Source: Eledone cirrhosa
Taxonomy: Eukaryota
DNA: 64,000 nt
Assembly: GCA_964016885.1 (NCBI GenBank)
Contig: OZ024745.1
Coordinates: 21,886,001-21,950,000, forward strand
Direction: 5' to 3'
This document shows positions 42,601-55,700 of this stretch, piece after piece (position 1 is the first letter of the stretch; each line of letters starts with the position of its first letter). A program made the translations under genes and the position numbers. The notes under the pieces were generated by a model, which was given only the letters and a program-made list of their open reading frames with translations, was not told the origin of the DNA and made no database searches.

Positions 42601-43550
42601 AGTTATTGTTCTGTTCTATATAGTTTTGGTTCTGTTCTATATAGTTATGGTTCTGTTCTATATAGTTATATTTCTGTTCTATATAGTTATATTTCTGTTC
42701 TATATAGTTATGGTTCTGTTCTGTATAGTTATGGTTCTGTTCTGTATAGTTATGGTACTGTTCTATATAGTTATGGTCCTGTTCTATATAGTTATGGTTC
42801 TGTTCTATATATTTATGGTTCTGTTCTATATAGTTATGGTTCTGTTCTATATAGTTATGGTTCTTTTCTATATAGTTATGGTTCTGTTCTATATAGTTAT
42901 GGTTCTGTTCTATATAGTTATATTTCTGTTCTATATAGTTATTGTTCTGTTCTATATAGTTATGGTTCTGTTCTATATAGTTATGGTTCTGTTCTGTATA
43001 GTTATGGTTCTGTTCTATATAGTTATGGTTCTGTTCTGTATAGTTATGGTTCTGTTCTATATAGTTATTGTTCTGTTCTATATAGTTATGGTTCTGTTCT
43101 ATATAGTTATGGTTCTGTTCTGTATAGTTATGGTTCTGTTCTATATAGTTATGGTTCTGTTCTGTATAGTTATGGTTCTGTTCTATATAGTTATGGTTCT
43201 GTTCTGTATAGTTATGGTACTGTTCTGTATAGTTATGATTCTGTTCTATACAGTTATATTTCTGTTCTATATAGTTATGGTACTGTTCTATATAGTTATG
43301 GTTCTGATCTGTATAGTTATGGTTCTGTTCTATATAGTTATGGTTCTGTTCTATATAGTAATGGTTCTGTTCTATATAGTTATGGTTCTGTTCTATATAG
43401 TTATGGTTCTGTTCTATATAGTTATGGCTCTGTTCTATATAGTTATGTTTCTGTTCTATATAGTTATATCTCTGTTCTATATAGTTATGGTTCTGTTCTG
43501 TATAGTTATGGTTCTGTTCTATATAGTTATATTTCTGTTCTATGTAGTTA
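36682..43550. repeat. Duplication of ~36680-38930 at ~41300-43550 (offset 4,621 = 220 x 21 + 1); ends approximate
   Basis: ATTATTCTG at 36682/41303, CTGCTC monomer at 37627/42248 and GTAATGG at 38740/43361. The +1 is accounted for by the 22-bp monomer at 40042. Confidence 0.82.
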
Positions 43551-46500
43551 TGGTTCTGTTCTATATAGTTATGGTTCTGTTCTATCTAGTTATGGTTCTG
43601 TTCTATATAGTTATGGTTCTGTTCTATATAGTTATATTTCTGTTCTATATAGTTATTGTTCTGTTCTATATAGTTATGGTTCTGTTCTATATAGTTATAT
43701 TTCTGTTCTGTATAGTTATTGTTCTGTTCTATATAGTTTTGGTTCTGTTCTATATAGTTATGGTTCTGTTCTATATAGTTATATTTCTGTTCAATATAGT
43801 TATATTTCTGTTCTATATAGTTATGGTTCTGTTCTGTATAGTTATGGTTCTGTTCTGTATAGTTATGGTACTGTTCTATATAGTTATGTTCCTGTTCTAT
43901 ATAGTTATGGTTCTGTTCTATATAGTTATGGTTCTGTTCTATATAGTTATATTTCTGTTCTATATAGTTATGGTTCTGTTCTAAATAGTTATATTTCTGT
44001 TCTATATAGTTATGGTTCTGTTCTATATAGTCATGGTTCTGTTCTATATAGTTATGGTTCTGTTCTATATAGTTATGGTTCTGTTCTGTATAGTTATGGT
44101 TCTTTTCTATATAGTTATGGGTCTGTTCTATAAAGTTATGTTTCTGTTCTATATAGTTATGGTTCTGTTCTGTATAGTTATGGTTCTGTTCTATATAGTT
44201 ATGGTTCTGTTCTATATAGTTATGGTACTATTCTATATAGTTATGGTTTTGTTCTGTGTAGTTATATTTCTGTTCTATATAGTTATGGTTCTGTTCTATA
44301 TAGTTATGATTCTGTTCTGTATAGTTATGGTTCTGTTCTATATAGTTATGGTTCTGTTCTATATAGTTATATTTCTGTTCTTTATAGTTATTGTTCTGTT
44401 CTATATAGTTATGGTTCTGTTCTATCTAGTTATGGTTCGGTTCTATATAGTTATATTTCTGTTCTTTATAGTTATTGTTCTGTTCTATATAGTTATGGTT
44501 CTGTTCTATATAGTTATGTTTCTGTTCTATATAGTTATATTTCTGTTCTGTATAATTATTGTTCTGTTCTATATAGTTTTGGTTCTGTTCTATATAGTTA
44601 TGGTTCTGTTCTATATAGTTATATTTCTGTTCTATATAGTTATATTTCTGTTCTATATAGTATGGTTCTGTTCTGTATAGTTATGGTTCTGTTCTGTATA
44701 GTTATGGTACTGTTCTATATAGTTATGGTCCTGTTCTATATAGTTATCTTTCTGTTCTATATATTTATGGTTCTGTTCTATATAGTTATGGTTCTGTTCT
44801 ATATAGTTATGGTTCTTTTCTATATAGTTATGGTTCTGTTCTATATAGTTATGGTTCTGTTCTATATAGTTATATTTCTGTTCTATATAGTTATTGTTCT
44901 GTTCTATATAGTTATGGTTCTGTTCTATATAGTTATATTTCTGTTCTATATAGTTATTGTTCTGTTCTATATAGTTGTGGTTCTGTTCTATATAGTTATG
45001 GTTCTGTTCTATATAGTTATGGTTCTGTTCTATATAGTTATGGTTCTGTTCTATATAGTTATTATTCTGTTCTGTATAGTTATGGTACTGTTCTATATGG
45101 TTATGGTTCTGTTCTATATAGTTATGGTTCTGTTCTATATAGTTATGGTTCTGTTCTGTATAGTTATGGTACTGTTCTATATGGTTATGGTTCTGTTCTA
45201 TATAGTTATGGTTCTGTTCTATATAGTTATGGTTCTGTTCTATATAGTTATATTTCTGTTCTATATAGTTATTGTTCTGTTCTATATAGTTATGGTTCTG
45301 TTCTGTATAGTTATGGTTCTGTTCTGTATAGTTATGCTTCTGTTCTATATAGTTATGTTTCTGTTCTGTATAGTTATGGTTCTGTTCTGTATAGTTATGG
45401 TACTGTTCTATATGGTTATGGTTCTGTTCTATATAGTTATGGTTCTGTTCTATATAGTTATATTTCTGTTCTATATAGTTATGGTTCTGTTCTATATAGT
45501 TATGGTTCTGTTCTATATAGTTATGGTTCTGTTCTATATAGTTATATTTCTGTTCTGTATAGTTATTGTTCTGTTCTATATAGTTATTGTTCTGTTCTAT
45601 CTAGTTATGGTTGTTTTCTATATAGTTATGGTTCTGTTCTATATAGTTATATTTCTGTTCTATATAGTTATTGTTCTGTTCTATATAGTTATGGTTCTGT
45701 TCTATATAGTTATGGTTCTGTTCTATATAATTATATTTCTGTTCTGTATAGTTATTTTTCTGTTCTATATAATTATGGTTCTGTTCTATATAGTTATGGT
45801 TCTGTTCTATATAGTTATGTTTCTGTTCTATATAGTTATGGTTCTGTTCTATATAGTTATGGTTCTGTTCTATATAGTTATGGTTCTGTTCTATATAGTT
45901 ATGGTTCCGTTCTGTATAGTTATGGTTCTTTTCTATATAGTTATGGATCTGTTCTATATAGTTATGGTTCTGTTCTATATAGATATGTTTCTGTTCTGTA
46001 TAGTTATGGTTCTGTTCTATATAGTTATGGTTCTGCTCTATATAATTATGGTACTATTCTATATAGTTATGGTTCTGTTCTGTATAGTTATATTTCTGTT
46101 CTATATAGTTATGGTTCTGTTCTATATAGTTATGATTCTGTTCTGTATAGTTATGGTTCTGTTCTATATAGTTATGGTTCTGTTCTATATAGTTATATTT
46201 CTGTTCTTTATAGTTATTGTTCTGTTCTATATAGTTATGGTTCTGTTCTATCTAGTTATGGTTCTGTTCTATATAGTTATGGTTCTGTTCTATATAGTTA
46301 TATTTCTGTTCTATATAGTTATTGTTCTGTTCTATATAGTTATGGTTCTGTTCTATATAGTTATATTTCTGTTCTGTATAGTTATTGTTCTGTTCTATAT
46401 AGTTTTGGTTCTGTTCTATATAGTTATGGTTCTGTTCTATATAGTTATATTTCTGTTCTATATAGTTATTGTTCTGTTCTATATAGTTGTGGTTCTGTTC

Positions 46501-48168
46501 TATATAGTTATGGTTCTGTTCTATATAGTTATGGTTCTGTTCTATATAGTTATGGTTCTGTTCTATATAGTTATTATTCTGTTCTGTATAGTTATGGTAC
46601 TGTTCTATATGGTTATGGTTCTGTTCTATATAGTTATGGTTCTGTTCTATATATTTATGGTTCTGTTCTGTATAGTTATGGTACTGTTCTATATGGTTAT
46701 GGTTCTGTTCTATATAGTTATGGTTCTGTTCTATATAGTTATGGTTCTGTTCTATATAGTTATATTTCTGTTCTATATAGTTATTGTTCTGTTCTATATA
46801 GTTATGGTTCTGTTCTGTATAGTTATGGTTCTGTTCTGTATAGTTATGGTTCTGTTCTATATAGTTATGGTTCTGTTCTGTATAGTTATGGTTCTGTTCT
46901 GTATAGTTATGGTACTGTTCTATATGGTTATGGTTCTGTTCTATATAGTTATGGTTCTGTTCTATATAGTTATATTTCTGTTCTATATAGTTATGGTTCT
47001 GTTCTATATAGTTATGGTTCTGTTCTATATAGTTATGGTTCTGTTCTATATAGTTATATTTCTGTTCTGTATAGTTATTGTTCTGTTCTATATAGATATG
47101 TTTCTGTTCTGTATAGTTATGGTTCTGTTCTATATAGTTATGGTTCTGCTCTATATAATTATGGTACTATTCTATATAGTTATGGTTCTGTTCTGTATAG
47201 TTATATTTCTGTTCTATATAGTTATGGTTCTGTTCTATATAGTTATGATTCTGTTCTGTATAGTTATGGTTCTGTTCTATATAGTTATGGTTCTGTTCTA
47301 TATAGTTATATTTCTGTTCTTTATAGTTATTGTTCTGTTCTATATAGTTATGGTTCTGTTCTATCTAGTTATGGTTCTGTTCTATATAGTTATGGTTCTG
47401 TTCTATATAGTTATATTTCTGTTCTATATAGTTATTGTTCTGTTCTATATAGTTATGGTTCTGTTCTATATAGTTATATTTCTGTTCTGTATAGTTATTG
47501 TTCTGTTCTATATAGTTTTGGTTCTGTTCTATATAGTTATGGTTCTGTTCTATATAGTTATATTTCTGTTCTATATAGTTATATTTCTGTTCTATATAGT
47601 TATGGTTCTGTTCTGTATAGTTATGGTTCTGTTCTGTATAGTTATGGTACTGTTCTATATAGTTATGGTCCTGTTCTATATAGTTATGGTTCTGTTCTAT
47701 ATATTTATGGTTCTGTTCTATATAGTTATGGTTCTGTTCTATATAGTTATGGTTCTTTTCTATATAGTTATGGTTCTGTTCTATATAGTTATGGTTCTGT
47801 TCTATATAGTTATATTTCTGTTCTATATAGTTATTGTTCTGTTCTATATAGTTATGGTTCTGTTCTATATAGTTATGGTTCTGTTCTGTATAGTTATGGT
47901 TCTGTTCTATATAGTTATGGTTCTGTTCTGTATAGTTATGGTTCTGTTCTATATAGTTATTGTTCTGTTCTATATAGTTATGGTTCTTTTCTATATAGTT
48001 ATGGTTCTGTTCTGTATAGTTATGGTTCTGTTCTATATAGTTATGGTTCTGTTCTGTATAGTTATGGTTCTGTTCTATATAGTTATGGTTCTGTTCTGTA
48101 TAGTTATGGTACTGTTCTGTATAGTTATGATTCTGTTCTATACAGTTATATTTCTGTTCTATATAGTT

Positions 48169-48756
48169 ATGGTACTGTTCTATATAGTTATGGTTCTGTT
48201 CTGTATAGTTATGGTTCTGTTCTATATAGTTATGGTTCTGTTCTATATAGTAATGGTTCTGTTCTATATAGTTATGGTTCTGTTCTATATAGTTATGGTT
48301 CTGTTCTATATAGTTATGGCTCTGTTCTATATAGTTATGTTTCTGTTCTATATAGTTATATCTCTGTTCTATATAGTTATGGTTCTGTTCTGTATAGTTA
48401 TGGTTCTGTTCTATATAGTTATATTTCTGTTCTATGTAGTTATGGTTCTGTTCTATATAGTTATGGTACTGTTCTATATAGTTATGGTTCTGTTCTGTAT
48501 AGTTATGGTTCTGTTCTATATAGTTATGGTTCTGTTCTATATAGTAATGGTTCTGTTCTATATAGTTATGGTTCTGTTCTATATAGTTATGGTTCTGTTC
48601 TATATAGTTATGGCTCTGTTCTATATAGTTATGTTTCTGTTCTATATAGTTATATCTCTGTTCTATATAGTTATGGTTCTGTTCTGTATAGTTATGGTTC
48701 TGTTCTATATAGTTATATTTCTGTTCTATGTAGTTATGGTTCTGTTCTATATAGTT
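48169..48756. repeat. 294-bp (14-monomer) tandem doublet, also present at ~55540-56125 and ~59360-59947
   Basis: GTAATGG at 48253/48547, 55622/55916 and 59444/59738, and ATATCTCTG at 48358/48652. All offsets are 294. Confidence 0.9.
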
Positions 48757-49197
48757 ATGGTTCTGTTCTATCTAGTTATGGTTCTGTTCTATATAGTTAT
48801 ATTTCTGTTCTATATAGTTATATTTCTGTTCTATATAGTTATTGTTCTGTTCTATATAGTTATGGTTCTGTTCTATATAATTATATTTCTGTTCTGTATA
48901 GTTATTGTTCTGTTCTATATAGTTTTGGTTCTGTTCTATATAGTTATGGTTCTGTTCTATATAGTTATATTTCTGTTCTATATAGTTATATTTCTGTTCT
49001 ATATAGTTATGGTTCTGTTCTGTATAGTTATGGTTCTGTTATGTATAGTTATGGTACTGTTCTATATAGTTATGGTCCTGTTCTATATAGTTATGGTTCT
49101 GTTCTATATAGTTATGGTTCTGTTCTATATAGTTATATTTCTGTTCTATATAGTTATGGTTCTGTTCTATATAGTTATATTTCTGTTCTATATAGTT

Positions 49198-52100
49198 ATG
49201 GTTCTGTTCTATATAGTTATGGTTCTGTTCTATATAGTTATGGTTCTGTTCTATATAGTTATGGTTCTGTTCTGTATAGTTATGGTTCTTTTCTATATAG
49301 TTATGGGTCTGTTCTATAAAGTTATGTTTCTGTTCTATATAGTTATGGTTCTGTTCTGTATAGTTATGGTTCTGTTCTATATAGTTATGGTTCTGTTCTA
49401 TATAGTTATGGTACTATTCTATATAGTTATGGTTTTGTTCTGTGTAGTTATATTTCTGTTCTATATAGTTATGGTTCTGTTCTATATAGTTATGATTCTG
49501 TTCTGTATAGTTATGGTTCTGTTCTATATAGTTATGGTTCTGTTCTATATAGTTATATTTCTGTTCTTTATAGTTATTGTTCTGTTCTATATAGTTATGG
49601 TTCTGTTCTATCTAGTTATGGTTCGGTTCTATATAGTTATATTTCTGTTCTTTATAGTTATTGTTCTGTTCTATATAGTTATGGTTCTGTTCTATATAGT
49701 TATGTTTCTGTTCTATATAGTTATATTTCTGTTCTGTATAATTATTGTTCTGTTCTATATAGTTTTGGTTCTGTTCTATATAGTTATGGTTCTGTTCTAT
49801 ATAGTTATATTTCTGTTCTATATAGTTATATTTCTGTTCTATATAGTATGGTTCTGTTCTGTATAGTTATGGTTCTGTTCTGTATAGTTATGGTACTGTT
49901 CTATATAGTTATGGTCCTGTTCTATATAGTTATGTTTCTGTTCTATATATTTATGGTTCTGTTCTATATAGTTATGGTTCTGTTCTATATAGTTATGGTT
50001 CTTTTCTATATAGTTATGGTTCTGTTCTATATAGTTATGGTTCTGTTCTATATAGTTATATTTCTGTTCTATATAGTTATTGTTCTGTTCTATATAGTTA
50101 TGGTTCTGTTCTATATAGTTATATTTCTGTTCTATATAGTTATTGTTCTGTTCTATATAGTTGTGGTTCTGTTCTATATAGTTATGGTTCTGTTCTATAT
50201 AGTTATGGTTCTGTTCTATATAGTTATGGTTCTGTTCTATATAGTTATTATTCTGTTCTGTATAGTTATGGTACTGTTCTATATGGTTATGGTTCTGTTC
50301 TATATAGTTATGGTTCTGTTCTATATAGTTATGGTTCTGTTCTGTATAGTTATGGTACTGTTCTATATGGTTATGGTTCTGTTCTATATAGTTATGGTTC
50401 TGTTCTATATAGTTATGGTTCTGTTCTATATAGTTATATTTCTGTTCTATATAGTTATTGTTCTGTTCTATATAGTTATGGTTCTGTTCTGTATAGTTAT
50501 GGTTCTGTTCTGTATAGTTATGGTTCTGTTCTATATAGTTATGTTTCTGTTCTGTATAGTTATGGTTCTGTTCTGTATAGTTATGGTACTGTTCTATATG
50601 GTTATGGTTCTGTTCTATATAGTTATGGTTCTGTTCTATATAGTTATATTTCTGTTCTATATAGTTATGGTTCTGTTCTATATAGTTATGGTTCTGTTCT
50701 ATATAGTTATGGTTCTGTTCTATATAGTTATATTTCTGTTCTGTATAGTTATTGTTCTGTTCTATATAGTTATTGTTCTGTTCTATCTAGTTATGGTTGT
50801 TTTCTATATAGTTATGGTTCTGTTCTATATAGTTATATTTCTGTTCTATATAGTTATTGTTCTGTTCTATATAGTTATGGTTCTGTTCTATATAGTTATG
50901 GTTCTGTTCTATATAATTATATTTCTGTTCTGTATAGTTATTTTTCTGTTCTATATAATTATGTTTCTGTTCTATATAGTTATGGTTCTGTTCTATATAG
51001 TTATGGTTCTGTTCTATATAGTTATGGTTCTGTTCTATATAGTTATGGTTCTGTTCTGTATAGTTATGGTTCTTTTCTATATAGTTATGGGTCTGTTCTA
51101 TAAAGTTATGTTTCTGTTCTATATAGTTATGGTTCTGTTCTGTATAGTTATGGTTCTGTTCTATATAGTTATGGTTCTGTTCTATATAGTTATGGTACTA
51201 TTCTATATAGTTATGGTTTTGTTCTGTGTAGTTATATTTCTGTTCTATATAGTTATGGTTCTGTTCTATATAGTTATGATTCTGTTCTGTATAGTTATGG
51301 TTCTGTTCTATATAGTTATGGTTCTGTTCTATATAGTTATATTTCTGTTCTTTATAGTTATTGTTCTGTTCTATATAGTTATGGTTCTGTTCTATCTAGT
51401 TATGGTTCGGTTCTATATAGTTATATTTCTGTTCTTTATAGTTATTGTTCTGTTCTATATAGTTATGGTTCTGTTCTATATAGTTATGTTTCTGTTCTAT
51501 ATAGTTATATTTCTGTTCTGTATAATTATTGTTCTGTTCTATATAGTTTTGGTTCTGTTCTATATAGTTATGGTTCTGTTCTATATAGTTATATTTCTGT
51601 TCTATATAGTTATATTTCTGTTCTATATAGTATGGTTCTGTTCTGTATAGTTATGGTTCTGTTCTGTATAGTTATGGTACTGTTCTATATAGTTATGGTC
51701 CTGTTCTATATAGTTATGTTTCTGTTCTATATATTTATGGTTCTGTTCTATATAGTTATGGTTCTGTTCTATATAGTTATGGTTCTTTTCTATATAGTTA
51801 TGGTTCTGTTCTATATAGTTATGGTTCTGTTCTATATAGTTATATTTCTGTTCTATATAGTTATTGTTCTGTTCTATATAGTTATGGTTCTGTTCTATAT
51901 AGTTATATTTCTGTTCTATATAGTTATTGTTCTGTTCTATATAGTTGTGGTTCTGTTCTATATAGTTATGGTTCTGTTCTATATAGTTATGGTTCTGTTC
52001 TATATAGTTATGGTTCTGTTCTATATAGTTATTATTCTGTTCTGTATAGTTATGGTACTGTTCTATATGGTTATGGTTCTGTTCTATATAGTTATGGTTC

Positions 52101-52744
52101 TGTTCTATATAGTTATGGTTCTGTTCTGTATAGTTATGGTACTGTTCTATATGGTTATGGTTCTGTTCTATATAGTTATGGTTCTGTTCTATATAGTTAT
52201 GGTTCTGTTCTATATAGTTATATTTCTGTTCTATATAGTTATTGTTCTGTTCTATATAGTTATGGTTCTGTTCTGTATAGTTATGGTTCTGTTCTGTATA
52301 GTTATGGTTCTGTTCTATATAGTTATGTTTCTGTTCTGTATAGTTATGGTTCTGTTCTGTATAGTTATGGTACTGTTCTATATGGTTATGGTTCTGTTCT
52401 ATATAGTTATGGTTCTGTTCTATATAGTTATATTTCTGTTCTATATAGTTATGGTTCTGTTCTATATAGTTATGGTTCTGTTCTATATAGTTATGGTTCT
52501 GTTCTATATAGTTATATTTCTGTTCTGTATAGTTATTGTTCTGTTCTATATAGTTATTGTTCTGTTCTATCTAGTTATGGTTGTTTTCTATATAGTTATG
52601 GTTCTGTTCTATATAGTTATATTTCTGTTCTATATAGTTATTGTTCTGTTCTATATAGTTATGGTTCTGTTCTATATAGTTATGGTTCTGTTCTATATAA
52701 TTATATTTCTGTTCTGTATAGTTATTTTTCTGTTCTATATAATT
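49198..52744. repeat. 1,784-bp (85 monomers minus 1 bp) tandem duplication, with a further copy of the block 5,186 bp upstream at ~44012-45775
   Basis: ATGGTTCGGTT at 44432/49618/51402 and the 20-bp monomer ending ATATAGT at 44642/49828/51612. GGTTTTGTTCTGTGT also occurs in all three copies. Confidence 0.9.
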
Positions 52745-55700
52745 ATGGTTCTGTTCTATATAGTTATGGTTCTGTTCTATATAGTTATGTTTCTGTTCTA
52801 TATAGTTATGGTTCTGTTCTATATAGTTATGGTTCTGTTCTATATAGTTATGGTTCTGTTCTATATAGTTATGGTTCCGTTCTGTATAGTTATGGTTCTT
52901 TTCTATATAGTTATGGATCTGTTCTATATAGTTATGGTTCTGTTCTATATAGATATGTTTCTGTTCTGTATAGTTATGGTTCTGTTCTATATAGTTATGG
53001 TTCTGCTCTATATAATTATGGTACTATTCTATATAGTTATGGTTCTGTTCTGTATAGTTATATTTCTGTTCTATATAGTTATGGTTCTGTTCTATATAGT
53101 TATGATTCTGTTCTGTATAGTTATGGTTCTGTTCTATATAGTTATGGTTCTGTTCTATATAGTTATATTTCTGTTCTTTATAGTTATTGTTCTGTTCTAT
53201 ATAGTTATGGTTCTGTTCTATCTAGTTATGGTTCTGTTCTATATAGTTATGGTTCTGTTCTATATAGTTATATTTCTGTTCTATATAGTTATTGTTCTGT
53301 TCTATATAGTTATGGTTCTGTTCTATATAGTTATATTTCTGTTCTGTATAGTTATTGTTCTGTTCTATATAGTTTTGGTTCTGTTCTATATAGTTATGGT
53401 TCTGTTCTATATAGTTATATTTCTGTTCTATATAGTTATTGTTCTGTTCTATATAGTTGTGGTTCTGTTCTATATAGTTATGGTTCTGTTCTATATAGTT
53501 ATGGTTCTGTTCTATATAGTTATGGTTCTGTTCTATATAGTTATTATTCTGTTCTGTATAGTTATGGTACTGTTCTATATGGTTATGGTTCTGTTCTATA
53601 TAGTTATGGTTCTGTTCTATATATTTATGGTTCTGTTCTGTATAGTTATGGTACTGTTCTATATGGTTATGGTTCTGTTCTATATAGTTATGGTTCTGTT
53701 CTATATAGTTATGGTTCTGTTCTATATAGTTATATTTCTGTTCTATATAGTTATTGTTCTGTTCTATATAGTTATGGTTCTGTTCTGTATAGTTATGGTT
53801 CTGTTCTGTATAGTTATGGTTCTGTTCTATATAGTTATGGTTCTGTTCTGTATAGTTATGGTTCTGTTCTGTATAGTTATGGTACTGTTCTATATGGTTA
53901 TGGTTCTGTTCTATATAGTTATGGTTCTGTTCTATATAGTTATATTTCTGTTCTATATAGTTATGGTTCTGTTCTATATAGTTATGGTTCTGTTCTATAT
54001 AGTTATGGTTCTGTTCTATATAGTTATATTTCTGTTCTGTATAGTTATTGTTCTGTTCTATATAGTTATTGTTCTGTTCTATCTAGTTATGGTTGTTTTC
54101 TATATAGTTATGGTTCTGTTCTATATAGTTATATTTCTGTTCTATATAGTTATTGTTCTGTTCTATATAGTTATGGTTCTGTTCTATATAGTTATGGTTC
54201 TGTTCTATATAATTATATTTCTGTTCTGTATAGTTATTTTTCTGTACTATATAGTTATGGTTCTGTTCTATATAGTTATGGTTCTGTTCTATATAGTTAT
54301 GTTTCTGTTCTATATAGTTATGGTTCTGTTCTATATAGTTATGGTTCTGTTCTATATAGTTATGGTTCTGTTCTATATAGTTATGGTTCCGTTCTGTATA
54401 GTTATGGTTCTTTTCTATATAGTTATGGATCTGTTCTATATAGTTATGGTTCTGTTCTATATAGTTATGTTTCTGTTCTGTATAGTTATGGTTCTGTTCT
54501 ATATAGTTATGGTTCTGCTCTATATAATTATGGTACTATTCTATATAGTTATGGTTCTGTTCTGTATATTTATATTTCTGTTCTATATAGTTATGGTTCT
54601 GTTCTATATAGTTATGATTCTGTTCTGTATAGTTATGGTTCTGTTCTATATAGTTATGGTTCTGTTCTATATAGTTATATTTCTGTTCTTTATAGTTATT
54701 GTTCTGTTCTATATAGTTATGGTTCTGTTCTATCTAGTTATGGTTCTGTTCTATATAGTTATGGTTCTGTTCTATATAGTTATATTTCTGTTCTATATAG
54801 TTATTGTTCTGTTCTATATAGTTATGGTTCTGTTCTATATAGTTATATTTCTGTTCTGTATAGTTATTGTTCTGTTCTATATAGTTTTGGTTCTGTTCTA
54901 TATAGTTATGGTTCTGTTCTATATAGTTATATTTCTGTTCTATATAGTTATATTTCTGTTCTATATAGTTATGGTTCTGTTCTGTATAGTTATGGTTCTG
55001 TTCTGTATAGTTATGGTACTGTTCTATATAGTTATGGTCCTGTTCTATATAGTTATGGTTCTGTTCTATATATTTATGGTTCTGTTCTATATAGTTATGG
55101 TTCTGTTCTATATAGTTATGGTTCTTTTCTATATAGTTATGGTTCTGTTCTATATAGTTATGGTTCTGTTCTATATAGTTATATTTCTGTTCTATATAGT
55201 TATTGTTCTGTTCTATATAGTTATGGTTCTGTTCTATATAGTTATGGTTCTGTTCTGTATAGTTATGGTTCTGTTCTATATAGTTATGGTTCTGTTCTGT
55301 ATAGTTATGGTTCTGTTCTATATAGTTATTGTTCTGTTCTATATAGTTATGGTTCTTTTCTATATAGTTATGGTTCTGTTCTGTATAGTTATGGTTCTGT
55401 TCTATATAGTTATGGTTCTGTTCTGTATAGTTATGGTTCTGTTCTATATAGTTATGGTTCTGTTCTGTATAGTTATGGTACTGTTCTGTATAGTTATGAT
55501 TCTGTTCTATACAGTTATATTTCTGTTCTATATAGTTATGGTACTGTTCTATATAGTTATGGTTCTGTTCTGTATAGTTATGGTTCTGTTCTATATAGTT
55601 ATGGTTCTGTTCTATATAGTAATGGTTCTGTTCTATATAGTTATGGTTCTGTTCTATATAGTTATGGTTCTGTTCTATATAGTTATGGCTCTGTTCTATA

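Noticed and set aside
61-51650. Giant + strand ORFs of MVLFYIV heptads (up to 3,827 aa) as real genes
   Set aside because: They are translations of the 21-bp monomer with no non-repeat domain and almost no charged residues. They are broken by duplicated frameshifts, and few substitutions can create stops in this frame.
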